Positions 8,955 through 18,572 are shown, counted from the stretch's first letter. The stretch is DNA of 64,000 nucleotides from Streptosporangiales bacterium (GCA_009379825.1 WHTA01000014.1:20843-84842), one strand, 5' to 3'. The notes: generated from the letters alone by a model not told the origin. Made by a program: numbers and translations.

Positions 8955-11900
8955 TCAGCCGACGGCGGTCTCGACGGTCGCGGCCAGGTCGTCGCGCACC
9001 TGGGTGGCTTCGGGGGCCCGCATCCGGGTGTACGCGGCCAGCGCGGCGGTGAGGTGCGGCTCGGCCAGCTCGGGAGCGCCGTCGGCGAGCAGGACGCGGC
9101 CGAGGCCGTGCCTGGCCCGGCCGACGAGCATTGCGTCGCCGAGCCGGTCGGCCAGGGCCAGCGCCTGCTCGTGGTGCGCCACCGCGGCCGTCGCGTCGCC
9201 GGCGGCATGGTGCGCCTCGCCGAGCCCGTTGAGTGCGTCCGCCTCCAGGGACGGCTGCCCGATCTGGCGGCTGAGGGCGAGCGCACGGGCGTGGTGGTCC
9301 CGTGCCGTGCCGTGCTCTCCGCGCCGGGTGGCGAGCACGCCGAGCAGGTTGTGCGTGTCGGCCAGGTCGTCGTGGTCACCGATCTGCTCGGTGGTGGCGC
9401 GGGCCTCCTCGGCGCACGCGAGGGCACGGTCGTAGTACCCCAGCTGGACGTAGACGACGCCGAGGTTGACCAGCGTGCTCGCCGCGCTCCTGGTGCGGCC
9501 GAGCTGCCGGTGCTGCCTGAGCGCGTGCCGCAGCTGGAGCAGCGCCTCGTCGGCACGGCCCAGATGGATGAAGCACTTGCCGAGGTTGTTGCGGGTGATG
9601 GCCTCCCCGCGTTCGTCGCCGAGGGACTGGCGCAGCTCGAGTGCCAGCTCGAAACAGCGCCGGCTCTCGTCCCGCTGGCCGGTGAACATGTACGCGGCAC
9701 CGAGGTTGTTCGTCGCGGCCGCCTCGCCGAACCGGTCGCCGAGGTCGCGGTAGAGCGGCAGCGCCTGTTCGAGGCACTCGATAGCAGCCTGCGCGCGTCC
9801 CGAGCGCCCGTAGGCGGCGCTGAGGTGGGTCAGCGTCTCGGCTTCGGCGAACGTGTCGCCGAGGTGGCGCGCGGCCGCCAGCGCCGCGTGGTGGGTGGTG
9901 ACCCAGTCGCCGATGTGGCTGCGCAGGTAGTGGTAGTAGTGCGTGCAGTGCGCGAGCTGCCAGGCATGCACGTGCCACCCGGCGGCGGCCGCGTGGTGCA
10001 CCGCGGCGACCAGGTTCTGGTTCTCTGCGGTGTACCAGGCGGCGGCGTCGTCGAGCCCGGTGAACGTCGGCTGCGCCACCTGCTGTGCCGGTTCGAGTAC
10101 GGACACCTGCCGGCGGCCGGGGTCGAGCCGTTCGTTGGCCGCGTTCGCCGCGTGCAGGTACCAGTCGAGCAATCTGGTCACCGCCGCCCGCCGCTGTGCC
10201 TCCGGCTCCTCCGCGCGGGCGCAGTCGGCCGCGTACCCGCGGAGCAGGTCGTGGAACTGGTACCTGTCGGGTGTCTGTTGCTCGAGCAGGTGCATGTCGA
10301 GCAGGTCGTCGAGCAGCGGGCCGACCTCGGCCACGCTGCTGCCGAGGAGTGCCGCCGCCGCGCCAGTGTCGAAGTCCGTGCCAGGCACCAGCCCGGCGAG
10401 CCGGAACAGCCGCTGCTGGTCGGGTTCGAGCTGCCGGTACGAGAGGTGGAACGCGCCCGCGACGCTGCGCTCGCCGACGCGCAGCTCGGCCAGCCTGCGG
10501 TGCTCGTCGCGCAGCCGGTCGAGCAGGTGGCCGACCGACCAGGCCGGCCTGGAGTGCAGCCGCGCCGCGGCGATGCGCAGTGCGAGCGGCAGCCGGCCGC
10601 AGTGCTCGACGACCTGGTCGAGCCGGTCGTCGGGCTCCGCCGCGAGCCGTTCCTCGGTGCAGACCCTGGTGAACAACGTGCCGGCCTCGGCGTGCGACAG
10701 CTGGGTGAGCGAGACGTGCTTCGCCTGGTCGATGTCGGCGAGCCGCTGCCTGCTGGTGACGATCGTGCCGCAGCTCGGCGTGCCCGGCAGCAGCGGCAGC
10801 ACCTGGTCGGCGGACGCCGCGTTGTCGAGCAGTACGAGGACGCGGCGGTCGGCGAGCACGCTGCGGTACAGCGCGGCGCGCTCCGCGACACCCGCGGGCA
10901 GCCGCGCGCCGGTGACGCCCAGCGAGCTCAGCAGCCGCTCCAGCGCGTCGGCGGCGGTCACCGGTTCCACGCCAGCGGTGAAGCCGTGCAGGTCGAGGTG
11001 CAGCTGGCCGTCGGGGAAGTCGTCGCAGAGCCGGTGTGCCGCGTGTACTGCGAGGGCCGTCTTCCCGCTGCCGGCCATGCCGTCGAGGGCGACGACGGAG
11101 TAGCCGCGCGCGCTCGTGCACGCCGCGACGATCTCGGCGAGCTCGGCCTGCCTGGCGGTGAACGACGGCAGGTCCGCGGGCAGCTCGGCGGGCCGGATCG
11201 GTGGCGGCGCCGGTGCCGCAGTGTGCGACACCGCCAGGTCGGGGTCGTCGCGCAGGATCGCCGTGTGCAGGTCGCGCAGCTGCGGGCCGGGGTCGAGGCC
11301 GACCTCGTCCACCAGCTGGCGCGCCGCGTCCTCGTACTCCTGCAGCGCCTCCGCCTTGCGGCCCGCCCGGTACAGCGCGAGCAGGCGGGCGCGTGCGAGC
11401 CGGTCCCTGCCGGGGTGTTCGGCGCGCAGCGCGGCGAGCTCGGGCAACAGTTCGTGGTGGTGGCCGGCGGCGAGGTCGGCTTCGACCCGCTGCTCCAGCG
11501 CGTCGACGCGCATCTCCTCCAACCGGGCGCGGATCGGTCGGCTGCCGAGGGTGGTCAGCTCAGGCAGCACCGGCCCCCGCCACAGGTGCAGCGCGTCGCG
11601 CAGCAGCTCGGCACGCTCGGCCGGCTCCGGGCAGCGCCGGGCGCGCTCCACCAGCGCGGTGAACCGGTGTACGCCCACCGCGTCGCGGTCGACCTGGACG
11701 ACGTACCCGCCCGCCGCGCTGGTCAGCTGTACGCCGGCGGGCAGCGCGCGCCGCAGCCGGGACGCGTGGATCTGCAGTGCCTTGCGCGGGTCCGCAGGCG
11801 GCTCGTCCCAGAGCAGCTCGATCAGCCGCTCGCTCGGCACCGGCTTGCCCGCGTCGAGCAGCAGCACCGCGAGCAGGCACCGTTCCCTGCGCCGGCCCAG

Positions 11901-11957
11901 CTCGACCGGTCGGCCGTCGACGATCACCTCGATCGCACCGAGCAGCAGGAACTCCAT
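8955..11957 (-). CDS. AfsR/SARP-family transcriptional regulator (OmpR-type wHTH + BTAD + NB-ARC ATPase + TPR)
   Basis: 1000 aa. The N-terminal winged-helix/BTAD pattern reads LLGAIEVIVDGRPVELGRRRERCLLAVLLL...ELLWDE. A P-loop GMAGSGKTALA is present. The C-terminal third shows TPR-like repeats (NLGxxY...G.....A...). Confidence 0.9.
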   Translation of the reverse strand: MEFLLLGAIEVIVDGRPVELGRRRERCLLAVLLLDAGKPVPSERLIELLWDEPPADPRKALQIHASRLRRALPAGVQLTSAAGGYVVQVDRDAVGVHRFTALVERARRCPEPAERAELLRDALHLWRGPVLPELTTLGSRPIRARLEEMRVDALEQRVEADLAAGHHHELLPELAALRAEHPGRDRLARARLLALYRAGRKAEALQEYEDAARQLVDEVGLDPGPQLRDLHTAILRDDPDLAVSHTAAPAPPPIRPAELPADLPSFTARQAELAEIVAACTSARGYSVVALDGMAGSGKTALAVHAAHRLCDDFPDGQLHLDLHGFTAGVEPVTAADALERLLSSLGVTGARLPAGVAERAALYRSVLADRRVLVLLDNAASADQVLPLLPGTPSCGTIVTSRQRLADIDQAKHVSLTQLSHAEAGTLFTRVCTEERLAAEPDDRLDQVVEHCGRLPLALRIAAARLHSRPAWSVGHLLDRLRDEHRRLAELRVGERSVAGAFHLSYRQLEPDQQRLFRLAGLVPGTDFDTGAAAALLGSSVAEVGPLLDDLLDMHLLEQQTPDRYQFHDLLRGYAADCARAEEPEAQRRAAVTRLLDWYLHAANAANERLDPGRRQVSVLEPAQQVAQPTFTGLDDAAAWYTAENQNLVAAVHHAAAAGWHVHAWQLAHCTHYYHYLRSHIGDWVTTHHAALAAARHLGDTFAEAETLTHLSAAYGRSGRAQAAIECLEQALPLYRDLGDRFGEAAATNNLGAAYMFTGQRDESRRCFELALELRQSLGDERGEAITRNNLGKCFIHLGRADEALLQLRHALRQHRQLGRTRSAASTLVNLGVVYVQLGYYDRALACAEEARATTEQIGDHDDLADTHNLLGVLATRRGEHGTARDHHARALALSRQIGQPSLEADALNGLGEAHHAAGDATAAVAHHEQALALADRLGDAMLVGRARHGLGRVLLADGAPELAEPHLTAALAAYTRMRAPEATQVRDDLAATVETAVG

Positions 11958-11981
11958 CGGACCACTGTGCCGGGTCGCCCG

Positions 11982-12014
11982 GTTGTTCGGTAGCCCTTCG
12001 CGGTGCCGAACAAC
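11982..12014. promoter_or_regulatory. inverted repeat GTTGTTCGG-N15-CCGAACAAC upstream of the SARP start and downstream of the AKR pseudogene
   Basis: Perfect 9-bp arms read directly, 25 nt upstream of the SARP ATG (11957). It could be a terminator of the upstream gene or a 5'-UTR/operator element. Confidence 0.3.
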
Positions 12015-12069
12015 CCGTGCCGCATACGGACGAGATCGCCGGCCTGGTGGTCTACTTCGCCGCCGGGCG

Positions 12070-13154
12070 TCACGAGGCGCGGCGTACCTCGTAGGGGAGC
12101 TGCATCACGTCGCGCTGGTGCTGTGGGTCGAACATCGAGTAGGGGTGCACCGCCGGCGGGCGGCCGGCGCGTTCCAGCCGGTCGAGCTGCTCGGCGGTGA
12201 GCTCGACGTCCAGCGCCCCCAGATTCTCCGCCAGCTGTGCAGGTGTACGTGCGCCGACGATCGGTGCGGTGACGCCAGGCTGCCGCAGCAGCCAGCCGAG
12301 AGTGACCTGCGCGGGCGTCCGCCCGACCTCCTCGGCCACCTCGCGCAGTACGTCGAGCACTCCCACCGCTGCTCACTCACCGCGGAGAGCATCGGCGACT
12401 CGCGGAACGCCTGCAGCCGCCCGTCGCCGACCGGCCCGTCCGCGCCGCGGGTGTACTTCCCGGTGAGCAGGCCGCTGGCCAGCGGGCCCCACGGCACCAG
12501 CCCAATGCCGAGGTCGCGGGCGGCAGGTACGTGCTCGCGTTCGATGTTGCGCTCGACGAGTGAGTACTCCAGCTGCAGCGCCGCCACCGGTTCCCAGCCG
12601 CGGCGGTCGGCGAGTAGCTGTGCCTTCGTCGCGTACCAGGCCGGTACGTCGGACAGGCCGACGGCGCGCACCTTCCCGCTGCGGACAAGCACGTCGAACG
12701 TCGCCATCACCTCCTCGACGGGGGTCAGGGTGTCCCACATGTGCAGTCAGTACAGGTCGACGTAGTCGGTGCCGAGCCGCCGCAACGAGGCGTCGAGCGA
12801 CCGCATGATGTTCTTCCGCCCGTTGCCGGCCGCGTTCGGGTCGCTCAGGTCGGTGGGGCCGGTGAACTTCGTCGCAAGCACGACGCGGTCGCGCACACCC
12901 GCGTCCGCGACGAACCGGCCGAGCAGCTCCTCGCTCTGCCCGCCGGTGTACAGGTTCGCGGTGTCGACGAAGTTGCCGCCCGCGTCCAGGTAGCTGTGGA
13001 AGACGGCGCGCGACGTCGCCTCGTCCGCGCCCCAGTCGTGCTGGCCGAACGACTGGTCGCCGAAAGTCATGGTGCCGAGTGCCAGCGGGAAGATCCGCAG
13101 CCCGGTGTGGCCCAGCAGGTGGTACGGAATCGGAATATCCATTCCGGTAATCAT
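12070..13154 (-). pseudogene. aldo/keto reductase, disrupted (in-frame TGA + 1-nt frameshift)
   Basis: Three collinear ORF pieces cover one AKR: 13154-12750, 12746-~12370 and ~12366-12070. The TGA at 12747-12749 replaces the Trp of the canonical DYVDLY-W-LHMWD block. A frame change lies near 12360-12375 (..SEQRW / GVLDVLREVAEEVGRTPAQV..). Confidence 0.8.
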
Positions 13155-13171
13155 GCGGAATCGGGATTCCG
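13125..13171. promoter_or_regulatory. candidate TetR operators (CGGAAT/ATTCCG half-sites)
   Basis: CGGAAT-ATCC-ATTCCG at 13131-13146 and CGGAATC-GG-GATTCCG at 13156-13171, plus an extra CGGAAT at 13125. They lie in the divergent AKR/TetR start region. Confidence 0.5.
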
Positions 13172-13178
13172 GTTGTCC

Positions 13179-13772
13179 ATGGCCCCATGCGAGGATGGCT
13201 CCGTGGTAGTCGAGCAGGACGCGAACCGGCCGCTGCGGGCCGACGCGCAGCGCAACCGGGCCAGGGTGCTCGAGACGGCCGAGCAGGTCTTCGTCGCGGA
13301 GGGGCTGTCGGTGCGCGTCGACGAGATCGCCAGGCGTGCCGGCGTGGGCGTCGGCACCGTCTACCGGCACTTCCCGACGAAGGACGCCCTGTTCGAGGCG
13401 ATCGTGACCGACCGCGTGCAGTGGCTGGTCGACGAGGCCCGCTCGCTCGGCGCCGGCGACGACCCCGGCGGCGCGTTCTTCCGCTACCTGCACGACGTCG
13501 TCGAGCTCGCCGCGGTCAACAAGTGGATCTTCGACGCGCTCACCGGGACCGGCCGCGACGCCCGCAAGCTGGTCGAGCTCGGCGGGCAGTTCAGGGAGGC
13601 GCTGGGCGAGCTGCTCGCGCGTGCCCAGGCGGCCGGGGCCGTCCGCGACGACGTGTCGGTGACCGACCTGAAGGGACTGCTCACCGGTGCCCAGGTGGCG
13701 GTCAGGGACGGTGCCGTCGGCGGTGTGGTGGCGGACGTGCTGTGCACGGGACTGCGCTCCCCGCCGGGGTGA
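13179..13772 (+). CDS. TetR/AcrR-family transcriptional regulator
   Basis: N-terminal HTH pattern RNRARVLETAEQVFVAEGLSVRVDEIARRAGVGVGTVYRHFPTKDALF. It is divergent from the AKR pseudogene. Confidence 0.85.
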   Translation: MAPCEDGSVVVEQDANRPLRADAQRNRARVLETAEQVFVAEGLSVRVDEIARRAGVGVGTVYRHFPTKDALFEAIVTDRVQWLVDEARSLGAGDDPGGAFFRYLHDVVELAAVNKWIFDALTGTGRDARKLVELGGQFREALGELLARAQAAGAVRDDVSVTDLKGLLTGAQVAVRDGAVGGVVADVLCTGLRSPPG

Positions 13773-13806
13773 ACCGAGCCGGCCGTCGCGGCACACGTAC
13801 GGCATC

Positions 13807-15579
13807 ATGGCGGCAGTGGCTGCGAACCTGATCAACCTGGAGACCGTGCGCAAGGCGTACGGCGAGCGCGTGCTCCTCGACGGGGTCTCGCTCGGCGTCG
13901 CGGCCGGCGAGCGGATCGGCGTGGTCGGCCCCAACGGTGCCGGCAAGACGACGCTGGTGTCCGTGCTCGCCGGGGCGGAGCCGCCGGACACCGGGCGGGT
14001 CACGCACGTGCGCGGCCTCCGCATCGGGGTGCTCGAGCAGCGCGACGCCACGCCGACCGGGGACGTGCGGACGGCCGTCGTCGGTGACGCGCGGGAGCAC
14101 GAGTGGGCGTCCGACCCGCGGATCCGGGCGATCCTCGACGGGCTCGGGCTGGCCAACGTGGGACTTGACGCGCCGCTCGCCAAGCTGTCAGGCGGTGAGC
14201 GCCGCCGGGTCGCGCTCGCTGCGGTGCTCGTCCGCGAGCTGGACGTCGTCGTGCTCGACGAGCCCACCAACCACCTCGACGTGGAAGCGGTGGCGTGGCT
14301 CGCCGAGCACCTACGCAACCGCCGCTCCGCGCTCGTCGTCGTGACACACGACCGCTGGTTCCTCGACGCTGTGTGTCAGCAGACCTGGGAGGTCGCCGAC
14401 GGGCGCGTGCACGCGTACGACGGCGGGTATGCGGCGTACGTGCTCGCGCGGGCGGAGCGCGACCGGATCGCCGCGGCCACCGAGGAGCGCCGGCGCAACC
14501 TCGTCCGCAAGGAGCTCGCCTGGCTGCGGCGCGGCCCGCAGGCACGCACGAGCAAGCCGAAGTTCCGGGTGGAGGCGGCGAACGAGCTGATCGCCGACGA
14601 GCCGCCGCCGCGCGACAGCGTCGAGCTCACCAAGTTCGCGTCCGCGCGGCTGGGCAAGACCGTCTACGAGCTGCACGACGTCACGCTGTGCGTGGGTGAA
14701 GAGCCCACCAGCACGCTGGTCGTCGACCGCCTCACCTGGCACGTCGGACCGGGTGACCGGATCGGCCTGGTCGGGGTGAACGGGGCCGGCAAGACGTCGC
14801 TGCTTCGGCTGCTCGCGGAACAGCTTGGCCCCACGGCCGGCAAGCTGGTCGTCGGCCGCACCGTGCAACGCGGCTACCTCTCCCAGGACGTGGAGGAGCT
14901 GGCCGGCGACCAGCGGGTGGTCGAGGCGGTGGAACGGATCCGGCGGGTCATCCAGGTGGGCAAGCGGGAGCTCACCGCCAGCCAGGTCTGCGAGATGCTC
15001 GGCTTCCGCGACGGCCGGCAGTGGACGCCGGTCGGGGAGCTGTCCGGCGGCGAGCGCAGGCGGCTGCAGCTGGTGCGCCTGTTGATGGCCGAGCCGAACG
15101 TGCTGCTCCTCGACGAGCCCACCAACGACCTCGACATCGACACGCTGACCGCGGTCGAGGACCTGCTGGACGGCTGGCCGGGCACGCTGATCGTGGTCAG
15201 CCACGACAGGTACTTCCTGGAGCGGGTCACCGACCAGGTGCACGCGCTGATGGGCGACGGCACGCTTGCACACCTGCCTGGCGGTGTCACGGAGTACCTC
15301 GACCGTCGGCAGGCACAGCGTGCGCCGTCCGCAGTGCAAACAGAGCAGGCGGCGCCGAGTGCGGCCGCGCAGAGCAGGCAGGCGAAGAAGGACCTGGCGA
15401 GGGTCGAGCGGCAGATCCAGAAGCTGACCGCCCGTGAGGCGGAGCTGCACGAGCAGCTCGCGGGCAGCGCTTCCGACTACCAGCGCGCAGCGGAGCTCGA
15501 CCAGACGTTACGCGCCGTCCGGGCCGGGCGCGAGGAGGCCGAGGAGCGCTGGCTCGAGCTGGCCGAACTGGCGGGCTGA
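13807..15579 (+). CDS. ABC-F family ATPase (Uup-like, two ABC domains + C-terminal coiled coil)
   Basis: Two Walker A motifs (GPNGAGKTT, GVNGAGKTS) and two LSGGE signatures. No TM domain. The C-terminal tail is charged and helical. Confidence 0.9.
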   Translation: MAAVAANLINLETVRKAYGERVLLDGVSLGVAAGERIGVVGPNGAGKTTLVSVLAGAEPPDTGRVTHVRGLRIGVLEQRDATPTGDVRTAVVGDAREHEWASDPRIRAILDGLGLANVGLDAPLAKLSGGERRRVALAAVLVRELDVVVLDEPTNHLDVEAVAWLAEHLRNRRSALVVVTHDRWFLDAVCQQTWEVADGRVHAYDGGYAAYVLARAERDRIAAATEERRRNLVRKELAWLRRGPQARTSKPKFRVEAANELIADEPPPRDSVELTKFASARLGKTVYELHDVTLCVGEEPTSTLVVDRLTWHVGPGDRIGLVGVNGAGKTSLLRLLAEQLGPTAGKLVVGRTVQRGYLSQDVEELAGDQRVVEAVERIRRVIQVGKRELTASQVCEMLGFRDGRQWTPVGELSGGERRRLQLVRLLMAEPNVLLLDEPTNDLDIDTLTAVEDLLDGWPGTLIVVSHDRYFLERVTDQVHALMGDGTLAHLPGGVTEYLDRRQAQRAPSAVQTEQAAPSAAAQSRQAKKDLARVERQIQKLTAREAELHEQLAGSASDYQRAAELDQTLRAVRAGREEAEERWLELAELAG

Positions 15580-15677
15580 CACCGCGAACGGGCACTCCTC
15601 CGATGCTTTGCCGTGCCGTGACGTAGGTGACCCGAAGGGGTGACACAGTTGGCGTCAATGGCACGTAAAGTTTGAGC

Positions 15678-16475
15678 ATGCCCTTCGACACCGAGGACTA
15701 CGCGAAGAACTCGAAGCCCGTCAAATACGACGATCTCGACTTCGACGCGTTCGACCGGCAGCCGCTGTCGCCGGAGACCCTGCGTGCCGTTCAGTACATG
15801 TGCGACGTCGAGTACCACACCGTCTGCTACCTGCGTGACATGCTCGTCACGCCGTCCAACCGCGAGCCGGATGTCACCACCTTCATGACGATGTGGAACA
15901 TGGAGGAGTTCTGGCACGGGGCCGCCCTCGCGGAGGTCCTGAAGCGGCACGGGGTCCCGGCCGACTACGGCCACATCAGGTTCGTCCGCAAGCGGGTCGG
16001 CTGGAAGGACAAGCTCGACCCGATCAAGCACACGCTGCTGGCCAACTTCACCGGGCAGGACTACGTCGCCGTGCACATGGCGTGGGGTGCGGTGAACGAG
16101 TGGTCGGCCATCGCCGCGTACACCCGGCTGGCCGAGGTCGCCAACCACTCAGTTCTCACGCAACTGCTCAGGCGCATCGCGAAGCAGGAGACCAGGCACG
16201 TCGCGTTCTACGCCACGCAGGCGCGGAAGAAGCTCGCGCTCGGCAGCAGGGCGCAGCGGCTGGCCAGGTTCGCGCTGGACAAGTTCTGGGGTCCGGTCGG
16301 CTCCGGGCTGATGCCGGAGTCCGAGGTGCGGCACGTGCTGCGGTACGTGATGAACGGCGAGGCGGGTTACGTCGCGGCGCGCAAGATCGACGAGAGCATC
16401 CAGCGGCTGCCCGGCCTCACCGGCCTGCAGATCGTCGAGCGGTCGCTGCTCAACCGCGGTGTCTCCGTCGGCTGA
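15678..16475 (+). CDS. ferritin-like di-iron carboxylate protein (acyl-ACP desaturase/R2-like superfamily), function unknown
   Basis: Spaced E...EExxH / E...ExxH pattern (MEEFWHG; KQETRHVAFY). The ATG at 15678 is preferred over the TTG at 15672. Confidence 0.5.
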   Translation: MPFDTEDYAKNSKPVKYDDLDFDAFDRQPLSPETLRAVQYMCDVEYHTVCYLRDMLVTPSNREPDVTTFMTMWNMEEFWHGAALAEVLKRHGVPADYGHIRFVRKRVGWKDKLDPIKHTLLANFTGQDYVAVHMAWGAVNEWSAIAAYTRLAEVANHSVLTQLLRRIAKQETRHVAFYATQARKKLALGSRAQRLARFALDKFWGPVGSGLMPESEVRHVLRYVMNGEAGYVAARKIDESIQRLPGLTGLQIVERSLLNRGVSVG

Positions 16476-16505
16476 CCGGCCGACGTGGCCGGCTAGCCTC
16501 ACCTT

Positions 16506-17348
16506 GTGATCGCTATCGCGCTGGCGTTGGTGTGCGCGTGCGCGTACGGCTCGTCGGACTTCCTGGCCGGGGTGATCTCGCGCCGTGCGCACTACGCCTG
16601 GGTCGGGCTGTTCGCGCAGGGCACCGCCGCCGTCCTCGTGCTCGTCGCGGCGCTGCTCGTCGGCGGTGACCTGTCTGCGTCGGCGGTCGGCTGGGGTGCG
16701 TTGAGCGGCGTCGGTGGCGGCGTCGGCTCGGTTGCGCTGTACCGCGGGTTCGCCCGCGGTCAGATGAGCGTCGCCGGGCCGATCTCCGGTGCGGGGTCGG
16801 CCGCCATACCCGCGGCCGCCGGGCTGCTGCTCGGCGAACGGCCGTCCGCCGTGACGCTCGTCGGCGTCGCGCTCGCCCTGCCTGCGGTCTGGCTGATCGC
16901 CAGCGCGGGCGACTTCCGCAGCGGCCAGCTGGTCGAGGGCTCGGTCGACGGCCTGCTCGCCGGCGGCGGCTTCGGCCTGCTGTTCCTCGCCCTCTCCCGC
17001 GCGGACGCCGACAGCGGGCTGTGGCCGACGGTGTTCGGTCAGCTCGTCGCACTGCTCGCGATCGCGGTGTTCCTCGCGGTCGCGGTGCGCGGTGCCACGG
17101 CCGGCCTACGCAGCCGCGCCACCGTCCTCGGTGCGGCCGCCGCCGGCACGCTCGGTGGGCTGGCCACGGTCGCGTTCCTGCTCGCGTCCAGGCAGGGGCT
17201 GCTCGTGGTGGTGTCGGTGCTCGCGGCGCTGTACCCGGGCGTCACGGTGCTGCTCGCGCGCGTCCTGTTGCGGGAACGCAGCACCCGCAGGCAGCTGGCC
17301 GGGCTCGTGCTTGCCGCGGTCGCCGTCACGGTGATCACCGTGGGCTAG
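16506..17348 (+). CDS. EamA/DMT-family transporter
   Basis: About 10 hydrophobic segments rich in Gly/Ala/Leu and a duplicated EamA-like architecture. GTG start. Confidence 0.7.
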   Translation: MIAIALALVCACAYGSSDFLAGVISRRAHYAWVGLFAQGTAAVLVLVAALLVGGDLSASAVGWGALSGVGGGVGSVALYRGFARGQMSVAGPISGAGSAAIPAAAGLLLGERPSAVTLVGVALALPAVWLIASAGDFRSGQLVEGSVDGLLAGGGFGLLFLALSRADADSGLWPTVFGQLVALLAIAVFLAVAVRGATAGLRSRATVLGAAAAGTLGGLATVAFLLASRQGLLVVVSVLAALYPGVTVLLARVLLRERSTRRQLAGLVLAAVAVTVITVG

Positions 17349-17356
17349 GGCTCCGG

Positions 17357-18572
17357 TCAGCCCCACAGCCGTCGGCTGGCCAGCTCCGCGCCCTGCGCGA
17401 GCGACTCCAGCTTCGCCCACGCGAGCTGCGGGTGCACCCGCCCACCGAGGCCGCAGTCGGTGGACGCGATGACGTTCTCCCTGCCCACCGCCTGGGCGAA
17501 CCGTTCGAGCCGGTCCGCGACCAGCTCGGGGTGCTCCACCACGTTGGTCGCATGGCTGACGATGCCGGGCAGGATGACCTTGTCGGCGGGCAGCGTGACG
17601 TCGTGCCAGACCTTCCACTCGTGCTCGTGCCTGACGTTGGCCGCCTCGAACGAGTAGCCGCCCGCGTCGACCTGCAGCATGACGTCGACGATGTCGCGCA
17701 TGGGGATGTCCGTCACGTGCGGGCCGTGCCAGCTGCCCCAGCACAGGTGGAACCTGATGCGGTCCTTCGGCAGGTCCCTGATCGCGTGGTTCAGCGCCTC
17801 GACCCGCACCATGGTGAACCGCTGGTAGTCCTCGACGGCCGGCTCCGGGTTGACCTGGTCCCAGTTCTCCGCGATGCAGGGGTCGTCGAGCTGCAGGATC
17901 AGCCCGGCGTCGACGATCGCCTGGTACTCCTCGCGCATCACGTCCGCGGCGGCGAACAGGAACTCCTCGTCGGTCGCGTAGTACTCGTTCGCGAACCGCG
18001 CGCAGCTGCCGGGCGCCACCGCGTTCAGGTAGCCCTCTTCGACGCCGGCGGCCGCCATGGCCGCCCTGACGTTCGCGATGTCGCGCTGTACAGCGTCGTG
18101 CCCGGTATACGTGAGCGGGCCGCGGCAGACGGGGAAACCAGCGCGACGTGCCGCCGGTGGTGATGCCGGCGCTCGGGTCGCTGTACGCGTCCGCGAAGAG
18201 GGCGCGGTCGCGCCGGTCGCCGAAGCTGGTGAGCACGATGTTGCCGGGCTCCGAGCGCCTGGCCGGCGCCTCCCACAGGCCGGTGTCGCTGAGCTCGAGG
18301 CCGCCGAGGCGCTGGAACACGTAGCCCCACCAGGCGCCGTAGTCGACCGCGTCGCCCGTCTCGTGGCCGTACTCGCCGTCGTTGGGTACGTCGACGCCGA
18401 TGTCCCGCTGCCGGCGGACGACCTCCGCCACGCCGTCGCGCAGGCCGGCCTGCAGCTCGGCCTCGTCCAGCGAACCGCCGGTCAGCTTCGCGCGGTTCAG
18501 CCCGATCAGCTCGGGCGTCCGCGGCAGGCTGCCGGCGTGGCTGGTCAGGATGCGGTCGCTGCTGTTCCTCAT
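17357..18572 (-). pseudogene. cobalamin-independent methionine synthase II (MetE C-terminal-like) family gene with a +1 frame change
   Basis: The N-terminal part (MRNSSDRILTSHAGSLPRTPEL...) is in one frame down to ~18135. The rest (FPVCRGPLTYTGHDAVQRDIANVRAAMAAAGVEEGYL...HLCWGSWHGPH...STDCGLG) is in the +1 frame. The junction lies at or upstream of TGGTTTCCCCGTC. A GAGGAGG SD precedes the ATG at 18572. Confidence 0.7.

Noticed and set aside
8955-11957. The NB-ARC/TPR STAND protein as an antiphage Avs-like defence gene.
   Set aside because: The N-terminus is a clear OmpR-type DNA-binding + BTAD module, i.e. the SARP/AfsR transcription-factor architecture. There is no nuclease, protease or TIR effector domain.
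9054-11993. 979-aa ORF on the plus strand covering the whole SARP gene.
   Set aside because: It is the antisense frame of a well-supported 1000-aa regulator. It is extremely Arg/Ala/Gly/Pro-rich with no motifs. Long open antisense frames are expected in high-GC DNA.
12747-12749. In-frame TGA in the AKR as selenocysteine or Trp recoding.
   Set aside because: It replaces a structurally conserved Trp, not a catalytic Cys/Sec position. I saw no SECIS-like hairpin immediately downstream. TGA is used as a normal stop throughout the window, and the same gene also carries a frameshift. A pseudogene or sequencing error is the parsimonious reading.
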